Below are positions 54,070-63,847 of a DNA stretch of 64,000 nucleotides, piece by piece. Origin of the DNA: Parcubacteria group bacterium (GTDB lineage: Bacteria; Patescibacteriota; Minisyncoccia; UBA10092); the NCBI GenBank assembly GCA_016186325.1, contig JACPLW010000012.1, positions 18,644 through 82,643 of the forward strand, given 5' to 3'. The position numbers and the translations under genes are program-made. The stretch's first letter is position 1. The number at the start of each line of letters is the position of its first letter. Below the pieces are notes generated by a model. The model searched no databases and had not been told where the DNA came from. It saw only the letters and a list, made by a program, of their open reading frames with translations.

Positions 54070-54175
54070 GGGCAATAAAAACAAAAAAATAGTTAATATG
54101 CTGTGGCTTATAATCACTATTTTAGCCGTTATTTCAATGGTGGCGTTTATGTTTATTCCTCTATTGAGATTTTAG
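54068..54175 (+). CDS. 35-aa single-TM micro-ORF whose SD/ATG is formed by the right TIR (GGGTGGGGGATG)
   Basis: MGNKNKKIVNMLWLIITILAVISMVAFMFIPLLRF*. Confidence 0.3.
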   Translation: MGNKNKKIVNMLWLIITILAVISMVAFMFIPLLRF

Positions 54176-54291
54176 CATTGAAATTGAACTGTTGACAAAG
54201 TTGTTATTTGTTGTTATTCTATTAAAGTAAATCGGGCCTTTTCAAGCACGGCCCATCATCAAGCAATGGGCCGTCTACGGACGGCCTGTTT

Positions 54292-56184
54292 CTATTCTCC
54301 GCTTCTAAACATTTTCAAATAAACATCGCTATCAAGCTCAACATGGCCGAAAACGCCTCTTTTTTTCTTACCCTTTTTCTGTTTTTCTAATAACTTCTTT
54401 TTTCTTGTTACGTCGCCGCCGTAAAGATATCCGGTTACATCTTTTCTCATAGCAGGAATGGTTTCCCGCGCGATTACTTTTCCGCCTATTGCCGCCTGAA
54501 GCGCCACGGCAAAATTTTGTTTTGGGACAATTTCCTTAAGTTTTTTTACTAATTCGCTTCCCTCACGATAAGCCCTTTCTTTTGGCACAATTTTTGAAAA
54601 AGCTTCAACCGGCTTATCGGCGATAAGAATCTGCAGTTTAATTAAGTTACCCTTCTTAAATCCCAAAAGTTCATAATTCATTGAAGCATAACCCTCGGAA
54701 ACACTCTTCAGCCGGTCATGAAAATCAACAAGAATCTCCGAAAGAGGCATTTCAAAGTTCAACATTAAATGGTCTAAGCCCAAATAATCGGTGTGGTTGT
54801 AAATACTGCGAAAATTCCCCGTAAGTTTCATCACATTTCCCAAATATTTTGTCGGCAAAAGTATTCCCAATTTAACCCACGGCTCTTCAACTGACTCAAT
54901 AAATGAAGAGTCGGGCCAATCGGCTGGTGTGAAGATTTCTTTAACTCCGCCTTTCCTGTCTATTATCCTATAAGAAACAGTAGGGGTAGTTATCACCACG
55001 CTTATGCTATGTTCCCGTTTAAGCCGCTCGGCGGTAATATCAAGGTGAAGCATGCCCAAAAAACCGACTCGGAAACCGCGCCCTAGCGCTTCCTGCGTTT
55101 CCGGCTCATAGTGAAGCGCGGCGTCGTTTAACTTAAGTTTTGAGAGCGCGTCTTTTAATAAATCAAAATCGTCGGCAGATTCGGGATAAAAACTCGCCCA
55201 AACCATAGGTTGTGGTTCGGTGTATCCGGAAAGCGGCTCCGCACTGGCATCGGAAGCCAAAGTATCACCTACCCTGATAAGTTGGGTATTTTTAAGGCCC
55301 GTGGCGATATAGCCGATTTCTCCCGATAATAGCTTTTCCGATGGCGTAAGCTCCGGCTTAAATATGCCGACTTCAATGATTTGGGCTTTAGACTTTGTCG
55401 CTAAAGCATGAATCAATTGTTGTTTTGAAATTTCGCCCTCAATCACTCTAATATAAGCGACAACTCCTTTATAAGCATCAAAATGGGAATCAAAAACCAA
55501 TGCCCTGAAAGGTTTTACTGAATTAATTTCTGGCGCAGGAAATTCTGTAACAACTTTTTCTAAGATTTTATCAACATTACGGCCGGTTTTTGCCGAAACC
55601 ATTAAAATCTCCTCCGGTTTTTGATCTGTTAGTTTGGCGACTTCTTGTTTTAAACTTTCCAACTTTTCCGTATCGTTCACAAGGTCAACTTTATTTATTA
55701 CGCCGATAATTTTTAAATTTTCTTTCTTAGCCAAATGAAGGTTGGCCAATGTCTGTGCTTGAATGCCTTGGGTTGCGTCAACTAAAAGAATCGCGCCTTC
55801 AACAGCCGCGAGCGCTCTTGAAACTTCGTAAGTAAAATCAATATGGCCCGGAGTATCAATCAAATTCAAAACAAATTCTTGTTCTGAATTTGCAATTTCT
55901 AATTTCGAATTTCTAATTTCTAAACCGTTTTGGTTATTAGAATTTGAGATTTGGGATTTGTTTAGAGATTCGGATTTAGGATTTATAGATTTCGCATGGT
56001 ATATCATGCGGACCGGCTGCATTTTTATGGTGATTCCTCTTTCCCTTTCCAGATCCATTTGGTCTAAAAATTGCTCTCTCATTTTTCTTTGCGTAATAGT
56101 TTGGGTCAATTCCAAAAGCCGATCCGCAAGAGTGGACTTTCCGTGATCTATATGCGCGATAATGACAAAATTACGTATATTCAT
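54292..56184 (-). CDS. lepA: elongation factor 4 (LepA) with ~40-aa low-complexity insertion in the G domain
   Basis: 630 aa; 'AHIDHGKST', 'DTPGH', 'NKVD'; insertion 'SINPKSESLNKSQISNSNNQNGLEIRNSKLEIANSEQ' from repetitive DNA 55868-55995. Confidence 0.95.
   Translation of the reverse strand: MNIRNFVIIAHIDHGKSTLADRLLELTQTITQRKMREQFLDQMDLERERGITIKMQPVRMIYHAKSINPKSESLNKSQISNSNNQNGLEIRNSKLEIANSEQEFVLNLIDTPGHIDFTYEVSRALAAVEGAILLVDATQGIQAQTLANLHLAKKENLKIIGVINKVDLVNDTEKLESLKQEVAKLTDQKPEEILMVSAKTGRNVDKILEKVVTEFPAPEINSVKPFRALVFDSHFDAYKGVVAYIRVIEGEISKQQLIHALATKSKAQIIEVGIFKPELTPSEKLLSGEIGYIATGLKNTQLIRVGDTLASDASAEPLSGYTEPQPMVWASFYPESADDFDLLKDALSKLKLNDAALHYEPETQEALGRGFRVGFLGMLHLDITAERLKREHSISVVITTPTVSYRIIDRKGGVKEIFTPADWPDSSFIESVEEPWVKLGILLPTKYLGNVMKLTGNFRSIYNHTDYLGLDHLMLNFEMPLSEILVDFHDRLKSVSEGYASMNYELLGFKKGNLIKLQILIADKPVEAFSKIVPKERAYREGSELVKKLKEIVPKQNFAVALQAAIGGKVIARETIPAMRKDVTGYLYGGDVTRKKKLLEKQKKGKKKRGVFGHVELDSDVYLKMFRSGE
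55868..55995. repeat. in-frame repetitive DNA inside lepA (ATTTCTAA x3; GATTTGGGATTTG/GATTCGGATTTAGGATTTATAGATTTCG)
   Basis: Read directly. Confidence 0.6.
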
Positions 56185-56247
56185 TAACTTTGGTATTCTT
56201 TCTTTATAGACTGTAATTCTTGCTATAGCAAGAATTAGTGACCTTAA

Positions 56248-56802
56248 TTAAATTAGGTCAAATTGTTTACGCAATTGATATTCTCTGTTTCCTACATTTT
56301 CTGTAATTATAACATCAAGCCAAAAATCTGAAAGGTTAAACGCACTTTTAATAAGAATAACTTCTTCTTCGCAAGGAAATGGCGTCACCCAAATGCTGTC
56401 TTGAAGTTTTATTAAACCCAAATCTTTTAATTTTTGGCGCAACGCTTCGCGTGCCAGTTTTTTACGTTCAGGGATATCAAAAATAACCAGGCGCCATTTT
56501 TTATCCCAAACATCGGGTTTTATCAGCGACAGGTTGTCAAAATCAAATTTTTTAAGATAATTTTTTCCTTTTTCGGTAATTTTGGCAACAATAACATTAT
56601 TCTTTTCTATATATTGAATTCTATCTTGTGTTTTCAGATACAACAAAGCGCGTCGTAATTTCAATCTTTTATATCGCTTTAATTCTTTTGGTATTTCTTT
56701 TAGAAACCTTCTTGTTCCGGATGGCGAAGATAAAATTAATAAAATTGCCCCGCCAATTACAAGGTATTTCAAAATGTCTTTTATAATTATCTCTTTTTTC
56801 AT
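56248..56802 (-). CDS. membrane-anchored protein with PaaX-like C-terminal domain
   Basis: 184 aa; TM; 'WDKKWRLVIFDIPERKKLAREALRQKLKDLGLIKLQDSIWV'. Confidence 0.5.
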   Translation of the reverse strand: MKKEIIIKDILKYLVIGGAILLILSSPSGTRRFLKEIPKELKRYKRLKLRRALLYLKTQDRIQYIEKNNVIVAKITEKGKNYLKKFDFDNLSLIKPDVWDKKWRLVIFDIPERKKLAREALRQKLKDLGLIKLQDSIWVTPFPCEEEVILIKSAFNLSDFWLDVIITENVGNREYQLRKQFDLI

Positions 56803-56982
56803 TATATTTTCTATTTTTATTATAGTATGTAGTTTTTGCTATAGCAAGTTTTAGTGTTCTTAGTAGTAACTACTAATTAAAAGGTAAAAATAAAAGCGCG
56901 TTGCCGCGCTGAAGAACAGATTTTGATAAAAAAAACCCCACACCTAATATGAGTGTGGGATACAAAAAATATTAAATTACTT

Positions 56983-57333
56983 TTATTCTTGATCGCTTGT
57001 TGATAGCCGTTGCCCGAAGATACAAACACAAGCCGATAGGATTAAAGTAAAAAGAGATATTGGCCAAACTAAGATATTAATCAAAAATAGCAAACCAAGT
57101 TTTAATTGGAAGATTACATTAAAACCATTAATCGCAAACTCATCGTCTACATCAGCTAATACGACGGTAATAGATGATAAACTAAAAATAAAAACTGATT
57201 TTTCACTAGTGATAATAATACTAATTTCGCCTTTATCCAATGACTTTTTTAAAACCAACATCTTTGTAAAGAAACAAGCAAAAATAAAAGCAATTACGAA
57301 TCCCACCGATAGATACCATTCTAAATAACCCAT
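56983..57333 (-). CDS. hypothetical membrane protein (116 aa)
   Basis: 3-4 TM segments. Confidence 0.4.
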   Translation of the reverse strand: MGYLEWYLSVGFVIAFIFACFFTKMLVLKKSLDKGEISIIITSEKSVFIFSLSSITVVLADVDDEFAINGFNVIFQLKLGLLFLINILVWPISLFTLILSACVCIFGQRLSTSDQE

Positions 57334-57391
57334 CTGCCCCTCCTTGGGTGCTTAAAAGTTATAGACAAGAATTAAGCTTAATGTACCATAT

Positions 57392-59092
57392 TTAATACTG
57401 ATCGTCAAGGGATTCGCCGGCCGGTACCAGTTCAGGCTTTTTAATGCCATGCCAATTTAAAAGCGTCGCGGGCATATTAAGCATCAGCATTTCTTCGGAT
57501 TTTAAAATAAACGCAGTTACTAAGTATCCAGATACCGCCATAATAAATGCCCCGAAAGTCTGAAAAAATAATCCGAAAACGGTACCGGTATTAAAAATAT
57601 TGTTAAAGATATTCAGCCCGGCATAAGCCAGAATAATGCTAACGGCGCTGGCAATAATAATTTTAAAAACCGATTTTTTTATTTCCGAAATTCCGAAATC
57701 GCCGACATGACGCTTTAAATCAATCCAGTGCCAAATAATATTTATAATCGAAGCGGTGGTAATTGCAAGCGGCAGTCCTAAAATAGCCGCGCCGCTAATA
57801 TTGCCCACTTTCAGAAAACTCGCCAAAATGTTGCCTAATAAGGGAATTTTTATAAAAGCGATTACGAATAAAAAACTTAAAAATACGCTTACTGCCATAG
57901 AAACAACATTTATAAAAACCGGGGTTTTGGTGTTGTGAAAAACAAAAAAAGCGCGGGTAAAAAGCGGTAATAGAGCCGCGGCAAAAATTCCAAAAGAAAA
58001 AAGTCCTAAAACCGCGGCGGTAAGCCGCGTCGCATCCCAGTCAAACTGTCCGGTGCCTAAAATTATCCTTACAATTTGAGCTCTAAAAACAAAAAATAAA
58101 AGAGAAAGAGGAATAATAATAAAAAGAGTTTGACGTACGGCAAGAGAAAATCTTTTTAAAAACAAATCTTTTTTGCCTTGCGCGTAGGCAATGCTCATCG
58201 CCGGAAAAGCGGCTGTAGAAAATGCTACTCCAAAAATCCCTATCGGAACAAAGCGGAGATTATCGGCAAAGTTAAATATCGCGATACTTCCGGTTGAAAT
58301 AACGGAGGCAATAGCCGTCATTACTATGCTGTTAACCTGCAAAGCCGCAAGACTTACGGTTCTGGGCAACCACAGTTTCGCGGTTTTAATTAAACCTGCA
58401 TCTTTAAGATTAAGACCCTTAAAAGGTCTAAAACCAATACTATAGAGAGACGGCAGTTGAATCAATAAATGTAATAATGCTCCCAAAACAACGCCGTAAG
58501 CCAGACCCCAAATCCCGAATTTTGGCGTTAAAAATACAATGCCAAAAATGATTCCTAAATTATAAAAAATAGGGGCAAGCGATGTAATAAGAAACCGGGA
58601 GAATGCCTGAAGAAGAGCCGAAGCAAATGCCGAAATTCCCAATAAGAGCGGGCTTAAAAACAATACGCGGCTTATTTTTACCGTAATATCATGAGAGGCT
58701 TTATCAAAGCCGGGCGCTACAAGATAAATCAGAAAAGGAGCAAATAAAACCAATAACGCGGAAAATAATATTAGCGCCATAAGCAAAACATTAAGAATGT
58801 TGCCGGAAAACCGCCAAGCCTCATCTTTATCTTTTGTTGAATATTCATAAAAAACCGGCAAAAAAACAGAGGAAATTATACCTACGATTAAAAGATTATA
58901 AACCAGGTCGGGAATTTTAAAAGCGGCATAATAAATATCAAGCGTTCTTGTCGCTCCGAATTGGCCGGCCAGCATCCGATCGCGCCAAAGGCCAAAAAGG
59001 CGGCTGACTAAGCCAAAAGCGGCAATCGTTAAGGCAGCCGAAGATATTTTTTCCGACCTATTATTTAAAAATTTTCCTATGACTGCAAACAT
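57392..59092 (-). CDS. murJ: lipid II flippase MurJ
   Basis: 566 aa, 14 TM, 'GLWRDRMLAGQFGATRTLDIYYAAFKIPDLVYNLL'. Confidence 0.9.
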   Translation of the reverse strand: MFAVIGKFLNNRSEKISSAALTIAAFGLVSRLFGLWRDRMLAGQFGATRTLDIYYAAFKIPDLVYNLLIVGIISSVFLPVFYEYSTKDKDEAWRFSGNILNVLLMALILFSALLVLFAPFLIYLVAPGFDKASHDITVKISRVLFLSPLLLGISAFASALLQAFSRFLITSLAPIFYNLGIIFGIVFLTPKFGIWGLAYGVVLGALLHLLIQLPSLYSIGFRPFKGLNLKDAGLIKTAKLWLPRTVSLAALQVNSIVMTAIASVISTGSIAIFNFADNLRFVPIGIFGVAFSTAAFPAMSIAYAQGKKDLFLKRFSLAVRQTLFIIIPLSLLFFVFRAQIVRIILGTGQFDWDATRLTAAVLGLFSFGIFAAALLPLFTRAFFVFHNTKTPVFINVVSMAVSVFLSFLFVIAFIKIPLLGNILASFLKVGNISGAAILGLPLAITTASIINIIWHWIDLKRHVGDFGISEIKKSVFKIIIASAVSIILAYAGLNIFNNIFNTGTVFGLFFQTFGAFIMAVSGYLVTAFILKSEEMLMLNMPATLLNWHGIKKPELVPAGESLDDQY

Positions 59093-59119
59093 TACCGCTA
59101 TATGATAACTTAAATAATA

Positions 59120-59158
59120 CTAAAAATGAACACCACCCTTGCATGCAAGGGTGGTGTT
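59120..59158 (-). terminator. terminator of rnpB: perfect palindrome AACACCACCCTTGCA|TGCAAGGGTGGTGTT then U-run on minus strand
   Basis: Read directly. Confidence 0.7.
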
Positions 59159-59204
59159 CTATTGATCTTATTTACCCGCCTAAATTTTGCGAAAGCAAAA
59201 CTTT

Positions 59205-59540
59205 GGCAGGTGAAAGGAAACTATAAGCCGGATTCTGTCCCCGCAACTGCGGGGGACGATTATCTATCTGAGCTCTGCATTGCTGCCGAGCTTTAGCCCT
59301 CATAACGAGGTTGCACCCAGTAAGGATTTAGCCGTTTCACTTCCATATTTCTATGGAATTCACCCTGCAAATGCGGGGTGCCTTGCGCCTTTCGGCGCCC
59401 GGCGTCGCTGTTCGCACCTCTCGCGTTATTTATTTCGCGGCGGGTCGTTAACCCGTACGCTTTTCCCCCGCAACTGCGGGGTGGTGTCCGGACTTTCCTC
59501 CCCTCGATAAACTCAGGGCAATCGTCCGTTTCCTTAATTA
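59205..59540 (-). ncRNA. rnpB: RNase P RNA (bacterial type A)
   Basis: Minus strand shows CR-I 'GGAGGAAAGUCCGGAC' and CR-V 'ACAGAAUCCGGCUUAUAG' (P4 halves complementary), 3' tail 'GUUUCCUUUCACCU' pairing with 5' 'AGGAAAC'. Confidence 0.85.
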
Positions 59541-59667
59541 AATTCTTAAGACCAACGCTTCCTTTAGGGAAGCGTTTTAATGCTATCAAATTTTTAGTGT
59601 TTTGTCAATATTATAAAAAATGAGCCGCGTCATAAAGACTGCGGCCCTAAAACTAAAGATTGAAATC

Positions 59668-59961
59668 TTATTTACGCTTACATAATGTAAGTACAGTCGT
59701 CAAAACGACTACAGCAACTAACTGAGACCATGAATTGTCTAGAGCCAAAACCCACCGTTCTTTTCCTGTGATTGCCTCATAAAGGAAGTTACTCGATATC
59801 ATTCCCAGAAAAACAACGATAGAAGTTACCCACAATTCACCTGTCTTAAACTTAACCATCGTCCACTCCCCTCTCGAATTGTGTGGAACAATTGGAAAAT
59901 GACCCCATGCCACTTCCCAAGTCTTAATTTTTATATTATCAATTTTCGGCGTAAAAGTCAA
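59668..59961 (-). CDS. hypothetical membrane protein (97 aa)
   Basis: ORF with TM segments. Confidence 0.35.
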   Translation of the reverse strand: MTFTPKIDNIKIKTWEVAWGHFPIVPHNSRGEWTMVKFKTGELWVTSIVVFLGMISSNFLYEAITGKERWVLALDNSWSQLVAVVVLTTVLTLCKRK

Positions 59962-59983
59962 TAGAGCGTTGCATTTCTAAAGT

Positions 59984-60586
59984 CTATCTTCTATGAAACC
60001 CCAGATCGGCAGGGTTGTCGTCGCCGGAAATATATTCTATTTTTCCGCCTTGTTCTTCAAATATTTTTCTTAAACGCGATACTGATTTTATCAACCTTTT
60101 AGTTTTTAACGGTAGCTTGTCTTTATTCATATATCCTTTGGACCAATAATTTATTACCAGTTTGCTGTCACCGAAAATTTTTTTAATTTCTTCCTTAGCC
60201 GCTATTTTTAAGGCGTGATAACAAGCCAATAGTTCGCCATAGTTATTGGAAACATCTTGCAATATAAAATGACCGGCTTTATCCAGGTGTTTCTTAAATT
60301 TCTTTTCTGATAGTAAATTACTGCCGTTTTCATCAGTAACGCTAATCTCAACGCCGAGCCCCCTTCCGGTACCGGAATCAAAATAAATACCGGATTTTAA
60401 TTTTTTCCTAAAACCATAAATAGCTCCCGCTTTTAGCCACTCTTCCGCTTCTTTAAGTGTTTTAAAACCTTTAAATCTTGAATTTATTTCTCCGTGAATT
60501 ATTTTTTCGCACTCTTTCCAATTTTCGGTTATTCCTTTTTTGTTGCTCCGAGGCACAAAATAAGCATAGTATTTGCGTTTTTCCAT
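59984..60586 (-). CDS. rnhA: ribonuclease HI with N-terminal hybrid-binding domain
   Basis: 200 aa; HBD-like 'YYAYFVPRSNKKGITENWKECEKIIHGEINSRFKGFKTLKEAEEWL'; RNase H DEDD 'YFDSG','GEL','GDSKLV','GDDNPADL'. Confidence 0.8.
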   Translation of the reverse strand: MEKRKYYAYFVPRSNKKGITENWKECEKIIHGEINSRFKGFKTLKEAEEWLKAGAIYGFRKKLKSGIYFDSGTGRGLGVEISVTDENGSNLLSEKKFKKHLDKAGHFILQDVSNNYGELLACYHALKIAAKEEIKKIFGDSKLVINYWSKGYMNKDKLPLKTKRLIKSVSRLRKIFEEQGGKIEYISGDDNPADLGFHRR

Positions 60587-60595
60587 AATCAGATA

Positions 60596-61144
60596 TTAGT
60601 AGGTTATCAGCTTAACAAAAAGTTCATAAGTAGCGCGGGCGTCGTCTAGAGCCCTGTGAGCGCGCGCCCGATTAATGCCAAAATATTTAGTAAGTTCGTC
60701 CAAACTAAATTTTTCTATTCCCGGGACATTTCGCAGTTTTGAGTAAGCTAAAGAAACCGTGTCAAAACCCTGATAATAAAACTTTCCCGATTCAAATTTC
60801 ATACTGGGCAATAAACCATTTTCAAAAAGCGACCGGTGGAGCCACAGCCAGTCAACACTCAAATTATGGCCGACTAAAACTTTATTGGAAGTTTTTTCCA
60901 AAAACATTTGAAGAGCCGGATTAATTTCTAAAGCGTCGGCCCATTCGACGTCGTTATATCCGTTAATCGCAAGAGACTCCGGATCGGCTTTATTCAAATA
61001 TTTAGGTTTTATTTTAACAGACCATTCTTCCAATACTTCCAGACTTTCATGACTTACCGTAATAACTGCCATTTCTATTATTTCGCTGTCAAAACCAAGG
61101 CCGGTCGTTTCAAAATCAATAAAAGCCAAATCAAAATTTCTCAT
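60596..61144 (-). CDS. DnaQ-like 3'-5' exonuclease (DEDDh)
   Basis: 182 aa; Exo I 'FIDFETTGL', Exo II 'VGHNLSVDW', Exo III 'HRALDDA'. Confidence 0.8.
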   Translation of the reverse strand: MRNFDLAFIDFETTGLGFDSEIIEMAVITVSHESLEVLEEWSVKIKPKYLNKADPESLAINGYNDVEWADALEINPALQMFLEKTSNKVLVGHNLSVDWLWLHRSLFENGLLPSMKFESGKFYYQGFDTVSLAYSKLRNVPGIEKFSLDELTKYFGINRARAHRALDDARATYELFVKLITY

Positions 61145-61153
61145 TTGTTATGT

Positions 61154-61723
61154 TTAATTTTTTTCCGTACTGCCACAGCCAATCTTTACTTTAAATTTGC
61201 CCGTTTGGGGTTCTAACTCCATTTCCAGAAAAATTTCTTTACCTATTGGATCGCACTCGGCGCCTTGCTGTTTGTTAAAAAAATTTATTAAAGCCCCTCC
61301 ATCGTATTTATCCGGAATAATGGCAATTTTATAAGCATTTTTAATTCCGATTAATGATTTTATGCGCACCACTGTTTCCGCCGGCGTCGTAATTCCTTGA
61401 ATAATAAAATCATCAACATTCATTTTTTGAGCCAACTCTTGATCTTCCGGCCGACCCCTATGGGAGTTGATCGCTACCGGAATTTTAGCCAGCTCTTCGT
61501 CCGCCTGCATTTTGGCAATAAGCTCAAAGCCGGTCATTTTAGGCATAGTGATACCGGTGAAAACTACGTCGGGAGTATTACCGGATTTTATAATATCCCA
61601 CGCCTCTTGACCATCATGTGCCGTAAAAACTTCAAATCCTTCATCTCTAAAATTTTTTGCATAAATCCCTAGAATAAACTCATCGTCATCAACTATTAAA
61701 ATCTTCTTTGATTGGTTGTTCAT
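61154..61723 (-). CDS. response regulator (CheY-like receiver + ~60-aa C-terminal domain of unknown type)
   Basis: 189 aa; 'KKILIVDDDEF', phospho-acceptor Asp region 'VFTGITMPKMTG', conserved K in 'PVAINS'. Confidence 0.7.
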   Translation of the reverse strand: MNNQSKKILIVDDDEFILGIYAKNFRDEGFEVFTAHDGQEAWDIIKSGNTPDVVFTGITMPKMTGFELIAKMQADEELAKIPVAINSHRGRPEDQELAQKMNVDDFIIQGITTPAETVVRIKSLIGIKNAYKIAIIPDKYDGGALINFFNKQQGAECDPIGKEIFLEMELEPQTGKFKVKIGCGSTEKN

Positions 61724-62826
61724 ATATCTTGAGAGCTAATTTTAATGTTTTGAATAACTCCGAAAGCAATAAATGTTGTAATTAAATTTGAGCCGCCGTA
61801 ACTTAAAAACGGCAAGGGAATACCGGTTACCGGTATAAAACCTATGTTCATTCCAATGTTAATAGATATGTGACTTAAAAGCAAAATCATAAATCCCGCG
61901 ATAAAAAGGCGGGCAAAATTAGTTTCGGCATTAAATCCAATAATAAAAAGCCGCCAAAAAATTATCGTCCACAGGATTAATAAAAAAGATACGCCAAGAA
62001 ACCCCCATTCCTCGGCAATGGTAGCGAAAATAAAGTCTGTATGCTGTTCCGGCAAAAAATTCAGCTGCGACTGGCTGCCATGCCCCAACCCTTTGCCCCA
62101 AAATCCTCCCGATCCGACGGCAATAATGGATTGTAAAACATTATAGCCGCTTCCCAAGGGATCGTTTTGGGGTTTTAAAAAAGTTGTAATCCGCGATTTT
62201 TGATAATCTTCCAAAAAAAATTGCCAAGCCGAACCTGTCAAAATCAAAAAAATTAAAAATAACGCCAGAAGATGCCGCACTCTTATTCCGGAAACAAACA
62301 TAATGCCGGCCCATATCGCGATCATCAAAACCGCCGATCCCAAATCCGGCTGAAGCAAAACTAAAATTACGGGAATTAAAACATAAATACCGGAAATGAT
62401 AATGTGCCTAAAAAGTCCGAAATCAACATGCCGGCTTGAAAAATATTTCGCCAAAAGCGCGATTAAAATAAATTTTGTTATTTCTACGGGTTCAAAACCT
62501 AATTTGCCGCCTTCGCCGAACCTAAACCATGAGGTTGAACCCCTGATTTGGCTTCCAAAAAAAAGAAGTAGAATTAAAAGTGCAACGGACAAAGCATAAA
62601 GAGACAAGACCACAACCGGATAATTTCTTAAAAAACGGTAATCCGTAAAACCGAATAAAAAAAGCAAAGATAAACCGAGAAAACTAAAAATTAGCTGTTT
62701 TTTAAAAACACTGAAGGTGCCCGTTCTGGCTTGAGAAGTAGAGGCAATGCTTAAAAGGCCGATGGCTAAAAGCAGGATAATGGCACCGATTAAAATCCAA
62801 TCGAATTTTTTTAAAGCCTGAAACAT
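61720..62826 (-). CDS. rodA: SEDS-family protein RodA
   Basis: 368 aa, 10 TM; second SEDS paralog. Confidence 0.75.
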   Translation of the reverse strand: MFQALKKFDWILIGAIILLLAIGLLSIASTSQARTGTFSVFKKQLIFSFLGLSLLFLFGFTDYRFLRNYPVVVLSLYALSVALLILLLFFGSQIRGSTSWFRFGEGGKLGFEPVEITKFILIALLAKYFSSRHVDFGLFRHIIISGIYVLIPVILVLLQPDLGSAVLMIAIWAGIMFVSGIRVRHLLALFLIFLILTGSAWQFFLEDYQKSRITTFLKPQNDPLGSGYNVLQSIIAVGSGGFWGKGLGHGSQSQLNFLPEQHTDFIFATIAEEWGFLGVSFLLILWTIIFWRLFIIGFNAETNFARLFIAGFMILLLSHISINIGMNIGFIPVTGIPLPFLSYGGSNLITTFIAFGVIQNIKISSQDI

Positions 62827-62827
62827 G

Positions 62828-63568
62828 TCATTGTCCGAGCAGTTCCGGCCGATTAAAAAGATTAGTTGAAATGCTCAGGTCAACCGAAGTTGGAATGCCG
62901 GAAAATGGAGAAAACCAAGGCATGCTAAAAGGCCGACGTTCTTTTGATTTGAGATTCTCAAAAATTGTTGAATTAACTGCAATGGGAAGATTGCCCCTGC
63001 CAAAAAGTACGGCTGAAACATAAACTTTACTTAGGTCGTAAGAAGTGCCATTAAATGCCGTAGCATTAACTTCATAAAATTTTCCGGAACCGGCCTTTCC
63101 TTGGCCGTAAAAAATGTTGCTAACCGTCAAATCAATGCTTTTAAAATCTTTAACTTCCCGCCATGTCGGCTCGCCGAGTTGAAGTTTAACTGAAACTGGC
63201 GCCTTTAAAAGTTCAATTCCGGCTTCTATAAGGTACTTTGACTCCCCCGGCCAAATAAACGACTCGCCGGGTTTGTTTGAGAGCAAATTTCCGCTGGCAT
63301 CGTATAAATAAAAAGTATAAGTGAAAAAACTCGCGCCGAAACCGGTGTTAGGATTGCGTATTTTAGCTCCGATGGAATACAGGTCTTGGCCCGAAACAAA
63401 CACTTGTGACCAAATTATTTCAACCGGATCTACGACAGGTGCAGGTGGCGGAGGCGGCACGGGTGTGGGCCGCACTAAAAAATAAATCCCCGTTCCGACA
63501 CCGGAAAAAATCGCTAAGTAAATAACAGCAATAAATATTCTTTTAAATATTCGTCGACGATCGTTCAT
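62828..63568 (-). CDS. membrane-anchored proline-rich hypothetical
   Basis: 246 aa; TM, 'PTPVPPPPPAPVVDP' linker, beta-rich domain; architecture like 29914-30576. Confidence 0.5.
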   Translation of the reverse strand: MNDRRRIFKRIFIAVIYLAIFSGVGTGIYFLVRPTPVPPPPPAPVVDPVEIIWSQVFVSGQDLYSIGAKIRNPNTGFGASFFTYTFYLYDASGNLLSNKPGESFIWPGESKYLIEAGIELLKAPVSVKLQLGEPTWREVKDFKSIDLTVSNIFYGQGKAGSGKFYEVNATAFNGTSYDLSKVYVSAVLFGRGNLPIAVNSTIFENLKSKERRPFSMPWFSPFSGIPTSVDLSISTNLFNRPELLGQ

Positions 63569-63607
63569 ATAATTATATTATAGCAATATTAAAGAAAAAT
63601 TAAAACT

Positions 63608-63644
63608 AAACCCCGCCCTTCAGCTGAAGGGCGGGGTTTTTATT
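63608..63644. terminator. palindromic terminator CCCCGCCCTTCAGCTGAAGGGCGGGG with T/A runs both sides (ends rRNA operon)
   Basis: Read directly. Confidence 0.8.
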
Positions 63645-63651
63645 AACCCCA

Positions 63652-63774
63652 TTGTCCCGGCGATAACTACTTTCCCCGACCATCGAGGGCCGAGTATCAT
63701 CGTCGACACGGTGTTTCACTTCTCTGTTCGGAATGGGAAGAGGTGGTACCACCGCGCTGTTGTCACCAGGACAA
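63652..63774 (-). rRNA. rrf: 5S ribosomal RNA
   Basis: Minus strand 'GUCCUGGUGACAACAGCGCGGUGGUACCACCUCUUCCCAUUCCGAACAGAGAAGUGAAAC..' matches 5S consensus. Confidence 0.9.
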
Positions 63775-63847
63775 CGGGGTTAATGGTGAGCTTTGTCGAA
63801 CCATTAATTTCAGGTTTCAAAATTAAAAACTCATGCTCATATAAGGG

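Noticed and set aside
54190-54290. Possible + strand promoter (TTGACA at 54193) driving a short hairpin-rich RNA
   Set aside because: The -10 is poor. The hairpins (GGCCGTCcgtaGACGGCC, GGGCC..GGCCC) are better explained as the minus-strand terminators downstream of lepA.
56248-56802. 'WRLVIFDIPERKKLAREALRQKLKDLGLIKLQDSIWV' looked Cas2-like at first glance
   Set aside because: Motif and length fit the PaaX C-terminal domain better. The protein has an N-terminal TM. There is no CRISPR array or other cas gene anywhere in the window.
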